The position numbers and the translations under genes are program-made. The notes beneath the pieces are model-generated. The model saw only the letters and a program-made list of their open reading frames with translations. It made no database searches and was not told where the DNA came from. Positions 60,521-64,000 of a DNA stretch of 64,000 bases are shown here, in pieces (the stretch's first letter is position 1; every line of letters begins with the position of its first letter). Source of the stretch: an uncultured Actinomycetes bacterium (GTDB lineage Bacteria > Actinomycetota > UBA4738 > HRBIN12); assembly GCA_963777495.1 (NCBI GenBank), contig CAVZQM010000004.1, forward strand, positions 426,715 to 490,714, given 5' to 3'.

Positions 60521-61123
60521 CGGCGATCTTCTCCGACGACTTCTCGTCGGGGAACTTCTCCGAGTGGGACTCGGTGACCCGTCTCACGATCGATGCGGCC
60601 AACGGTTCGCCGGCGGCGCCGCGCGCACGCGCGAGCGTGACGAACCAGTCGGCGTTCGCCTACCGCGACCTCGGCCTCGTCCACGATGACGGTGTGCTTC
60701 AGCATGAACGTGAACGTGGCGTCGGGCACGGGCCAGTCGACCTGTTCCGCCTGCGGTCCGCCGGCAACGGAGCCCTGATCAAGGTCTTCGTGCACGCCGG
60801 CGGCACGCTGCAGATCCGCTCGGACTTCGCGGGCACCACCCGCAACTCGAACATCCAGGTGGGCGCGGGCTGGCACTCGATCGAGCTCTGCGGCACGGTC
60901 GGGACCACCAGCACGTGGGACCTGATCCGCGACGGCGTGGTGATCGTGAACGACTGGCAGGCCGACACCGGCACCGCCGGCGTGGCCAGGGTCCAGATCG
61001 GCGACAGCGCCGCCAAGACGTTCATCGCCAACTTCGACAACGTGCGACTCGACCAGGTGGCCGGTTGACCGGCCACCTGGTTCCGCGCGGTTCTTCCGCG
61101 ACTTCCCTTTAGGAGGCTTGGAG

Positions 61124-64000
61124 ATGAGCAGCACCACTTCCCCCGCGCGGCGCTCCATGCTCCGCATCCTGCTCGCGGTCGCCGTCATCGCGACGGTCCT
61201 GCCGTTCGGCGCGACGCCCGGCGCTGGCGGCCGGTAACCAAGCCGTGCAGCTCGACGGCGTCAACGACCACGTCGACCTGGGGGCCAGCAGCACCTCGCT
61301 CGGGGCGAACCAGTTCACGCTGGAACTGTGGTTCAAGCGCACGGGCACGGGAGTCATCGCCCAGACCGGCGAGCGCACCGGGCCTCACGCTCGGTCATCC
61401 CGCTGATCACGAAAGGGAAATCGGAAGGCGACGACAATGACGCCCGACATCGCGTACTTCCTGGGGATCAACACGACCCCAACCGGCGGCGGCCTGACGC
61501 GAACGCGCTCGCCGCCGACTTCGAGGACGCCGGCCGGCGGCGCGAACCACGGATTGGCAGCGGCACGACGCCGATCCCGTGAACGTCTGGCACCACGCCG
61601 CCGTGACGTATGACGGATCCAGTGATGCGCTGTACCTGAACGGCCAGCTCGACGGGCACGAGCCCGGCGATCAACGAACCCCCGCAGTCGGACTCGACCC
61701 AGAGGTCGGCATCGGCACGACGTTCCACTCGACAGTTCACCCACGACCAGGCCGTCGGCTTCTTCGCCGGCCAGGTCGACGAGGCGCGGATCTGGAACGT
61801 CGCACGGACGCAGGCGCAGATCCGTCGACGATGAACGCCGAGATCACGTCCGGGGCCGAACCTCACCGGCCGCTGGGGCATGAACGAGGGCACCGGGACC
61901 GACGGTCGCGCGGTTCGGTCGGAGGGATCAACGGAACCCTCGTGAACGGCCCCACGTGGGTTGCGGGCGCCCCGCATCGGTGACCCGGTTCGCCGGTCGG
62001 AGCTCTCGCGGCGACGAACTTCGGCGTCCAGCTCGACGGCGTCGACGATGCCATCCATCTCGGGATCCGGCGGCGGCTCGCCGCTCGGCGCATCCCAGTT
62101 CACCCTCGAGCTCTGGTTCAAGCGGACCGGGACGGGGACGATCGCATCGACGGGAAGCGGGGGGCTACCGCGGCGATCCCGCTGATCACGAAGGGCCGAT
62201 CAGAAGGCGACGGAACGAACGTCGATACGAACTACTTCCTGGGGATCAGCACGATCACCGGTGCGACGGCGGGACGGTCGCCAACCGCTCGCGGCCGACT
62301 TCGAGGACTTCGACATCACCGACAACAACAACCCGGTCTTCGGCACGTCGGTGATCACGTCGAACGTCTGGCACCACGCGCGCGGCGACGTTCAACGGCT
62401 CCCAGCTCTGCCTGTACCTCGACGGCGTGCTCGATGGGTCCTGTCTCGCGACGACGCACCCCACGGTTCGGACTCGATCCAGCAGCCGGCGATCGGGACG
62501 GCGTGGGACGCGCAGACCCCAACGCGGGTCGCCGCCGGTCGCTTCGCCGGCCAGGTCGACGAGGCCCGGATCTGGAGCGTCGCACGCACCCTGGCCCAGA
62601 TCCAGTCGACGATGAACACCCAGATCACCTCGCCCACGGCGGACCTCCTCGGCCGCTGGGCGATGAACGAGGGCACCGGCACGACGGCCGCGAACACGGC
62701 GGGCTCGGCCGGTGTCAACGGAACGCTGCAGAACGGCGCCGCGTGGACGGCCGGCGGATCGGATCGACTCGCCGCCGCCGCCGGGCAGCAGCGCGTGCAG
62801 CTCGACGGCACGGATGACCACGTCGACTTCGGAGCCGGCAGTGCCGCGCTCGGATCGAACCAGTTCACCCTCGAGCTGTGGTTCAAGCGGACCGGGGACG
62901 GGCGTCACCGACGTCGACGGGAGGCTCCGCCCGGGCCTCACCAGCCGTCGATTCCGCTGATCAGCGAAGGGTCGCTCGGAGAGCGCGAGGGCGACCACTC
63001 GATGGCCGACGTTGACTTCTCCTGGGGATCAACACGCGCCGACCGGCGGGCGGCTGACCGGGCGCGAACGCGCTCGCCGCCGACTTCGAGGACGGAGGCG
63101 GGGGCGCCTGGCCGGCGCCGAACCACGGGTCTCGGGCACGCAGCCGTGATCCGCTGAACGACTTGGACCGCACGCCGCCGCGACGTACGACGGCTCCGTG
63201 ATGCGGCTCTACCTCAACGGCGCCGCTCGATGCGAGCAGCGCCGCGATCAGCACGCCCCGCGCTCAGACTCGGTGCACCGCGTCGGCCTCGGCACCGGCC
63301 GTTCAACGCCAGACGGGCCGATCTCGGCGGCCGGCTTCTTCGCCGGCCAGATCGACGAGGCGCGGATCTGGAACGTCGCGCGGACGCAGGCGCAGATCCA
63401 GAGCGCGATGAACACCGAGATCCCGTCGCAGATGTCCGGCCTCCGCGCCCGCTGGGCCTTGAACGAAGCACGGGGACGACCACGGCCAACACGATCGGCT
63501 CCGCCACCGGCGTCAACGGAACGCTCCAGGGCGGGGCGACCTGGGCGGGGCAAGCCCCCGCGGTCGCGCTCGCACCCCGCCGGGGACCTTCGGCGTCCAG
63601 CTTGACGGCACGGACGATGGCATCACCCTCGGGAACGGGGCTCCGCGTCCCCTCTCGGTGCGACCGAGTTCACGCTCGAGCTGTGGTTCAAGCCACCGGC
63701 GGGAACCGGGAGCCACGCTTCGACCGGGACCGGCGGCATCCCAGGCCGTCCCACTCATCACGAAGGGCCGTTCCGAGTCTGACGGCACCACCGCGATACG
63801 AACTACTTCATCGGCATCAACCACGACGACCGGCACACTCGCCGCCGACTTCGAGGACCAGCGGGTCGCCACCAACAACAATCCGGTCTACGGCGTCACG
63901 CCGATCACGCTGAACGTGTGGCACCATGCCGCGGCCACCTTCGACGGCGCCGAGTTCTGTCTCTACCTCGACGGCGAGCTCGACGGGGCGTGCACCCATG
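61124..64000 (+). pseudogene. Second secreted LamG_3-repeat protein (at least 4 modules), heavily frameshifted, continues beyond the right edge
   Basis: AGGAGG ribosome-binding site at 61111 and ATG at 61124. The signal peptide is MSSTTSPARRSMLRILLAVAVIATVLPFGA. LamG modules start near 61240, 62020, 62775 and 63585, with the same FTLELWFKRTG / IPLITKG / NVWHHA / DEARIWNVART motifs. Confidence 0.7.

Larger units (their letters stand above)
52205..61068 (+). pseudogene. Giant secreted multidomain protein, very heavily frameshifted. Order: signal peptide, 4x LamG_3 jelly-roll, Ig-like, metallophosphoesterase, FN3-like, Ig-like pair, beta-propeller, Ig-like pair, jelly-roll, 4x FN3, jelly-roll
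   Basis: AGGAGG ribosome-binding site and ATG at 52205. The signal peptide is LLIAIATLAVVASMLPLAPAAFA. The LamG modules carry GNQAVQIDG...FTLELWFKRTG...IPLITKGRSE..NYFLGI..ADFED..NHPV.G...NVWHHAA.TF.G....LYLDGVLDG...FAGQVDEARIWN.ART..IQ. The phosphoesterase carries MTIPDTQFYSEN...THLGDI...GNHD...NGHYHG. The same reading direction is maintained through all frame switches to the stop at 61066-61068. Confidence 0.75.

Noticed and set aside
1-64000. Search for transposases, integrases, phage genes, toxin-antitoxin pairs, restriction-modification or other defence-system hallmarks.
   Set aside because: None of the ORF translations on either strand showed the corresponding motifs (DDE, tyrosine/serine recombinase, terminase, PIN, HEPN and similar). 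The only nucleic-acid-related accessory gene is a lone SAM methyltransferase with no partner nuclease.

Overview
This is a high-GC (roughly 70%) chromosomal window that looks like Actinomycetota; ponA sits next to a DUF5318 gene, and there is an Rv3654c-Rv3660c-style Tad/Flp locus. I found no CRISPR array, IS element or prophage. All annotation is from reading the translations, with no database search.

Gene content from left to right:
- A MerR fragment, two GT-C membrane glycosyltransferases, and a NarL-type two-component pair.
- A class A PBP (frameshifted), plus DUF5318, tandem-cupin and DUF983 proteins.
- A type I sulfatase fused to Ig-like repeats (multiply frameshifted).
- A Tad/Flp pilus operon (tadE-like x2, flp-like, tadC, tadB, tadA). 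A 4.7-kb DUF11-repeat adhesin sits between tadA and the cpaE/tadZ-like gene.
- An unusual secreted Q/N/D/T-rich protein with CxC motifs, a VTG-repeat surface protein, and a 1160-aa zinc-ribbon/cyclase/STAND protein.
- A MoaD-like and BNR-propeller gene pair, an ECF sigma / anti-sigma / M15 peptidase operon, and a PhyH dioxygenase.
- A TlpA-like thioredoxin-fold lipoprotein with an in-frame TGA at the CxxC cysteine, an AhpD-like protein, and an OmpR-type two-component pair with a Moco oxidoreductase (all frameshifted).
- A second sulfatase paralog, a second M15 paralog, a HAD-IB hydrolase, a PadR regulator, a tRNA-Sec (selC) gene, and a lower-GC methyltransferase.
- A siderophore-type ABC importer (frameshifted).
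- One giant (about 8.9 kb) and one partial secreted multidomain gene built from LamG jelly-roll, metallophosphoesterase, beta-propeller, Ig-like and FN3 modules (very heavily frameshifted).

Main observations:
1. selC together with a UxxC thioredoxin-fold gene and a SECIS-like hairpin suggests selenocysteine use.
2. Single-base indels occur in a block-wise mosaic. Some blocks are clean and others are riddled. This is either unpolished long-read consensus or real decay of accessory genes, and only read evidence can decide.
3. The Tad locus is expanded by a giant adhesin and lies next to a novel repeat protein.

Coordinates of frameshifted genes are reconstructions and are approximate at their ends.
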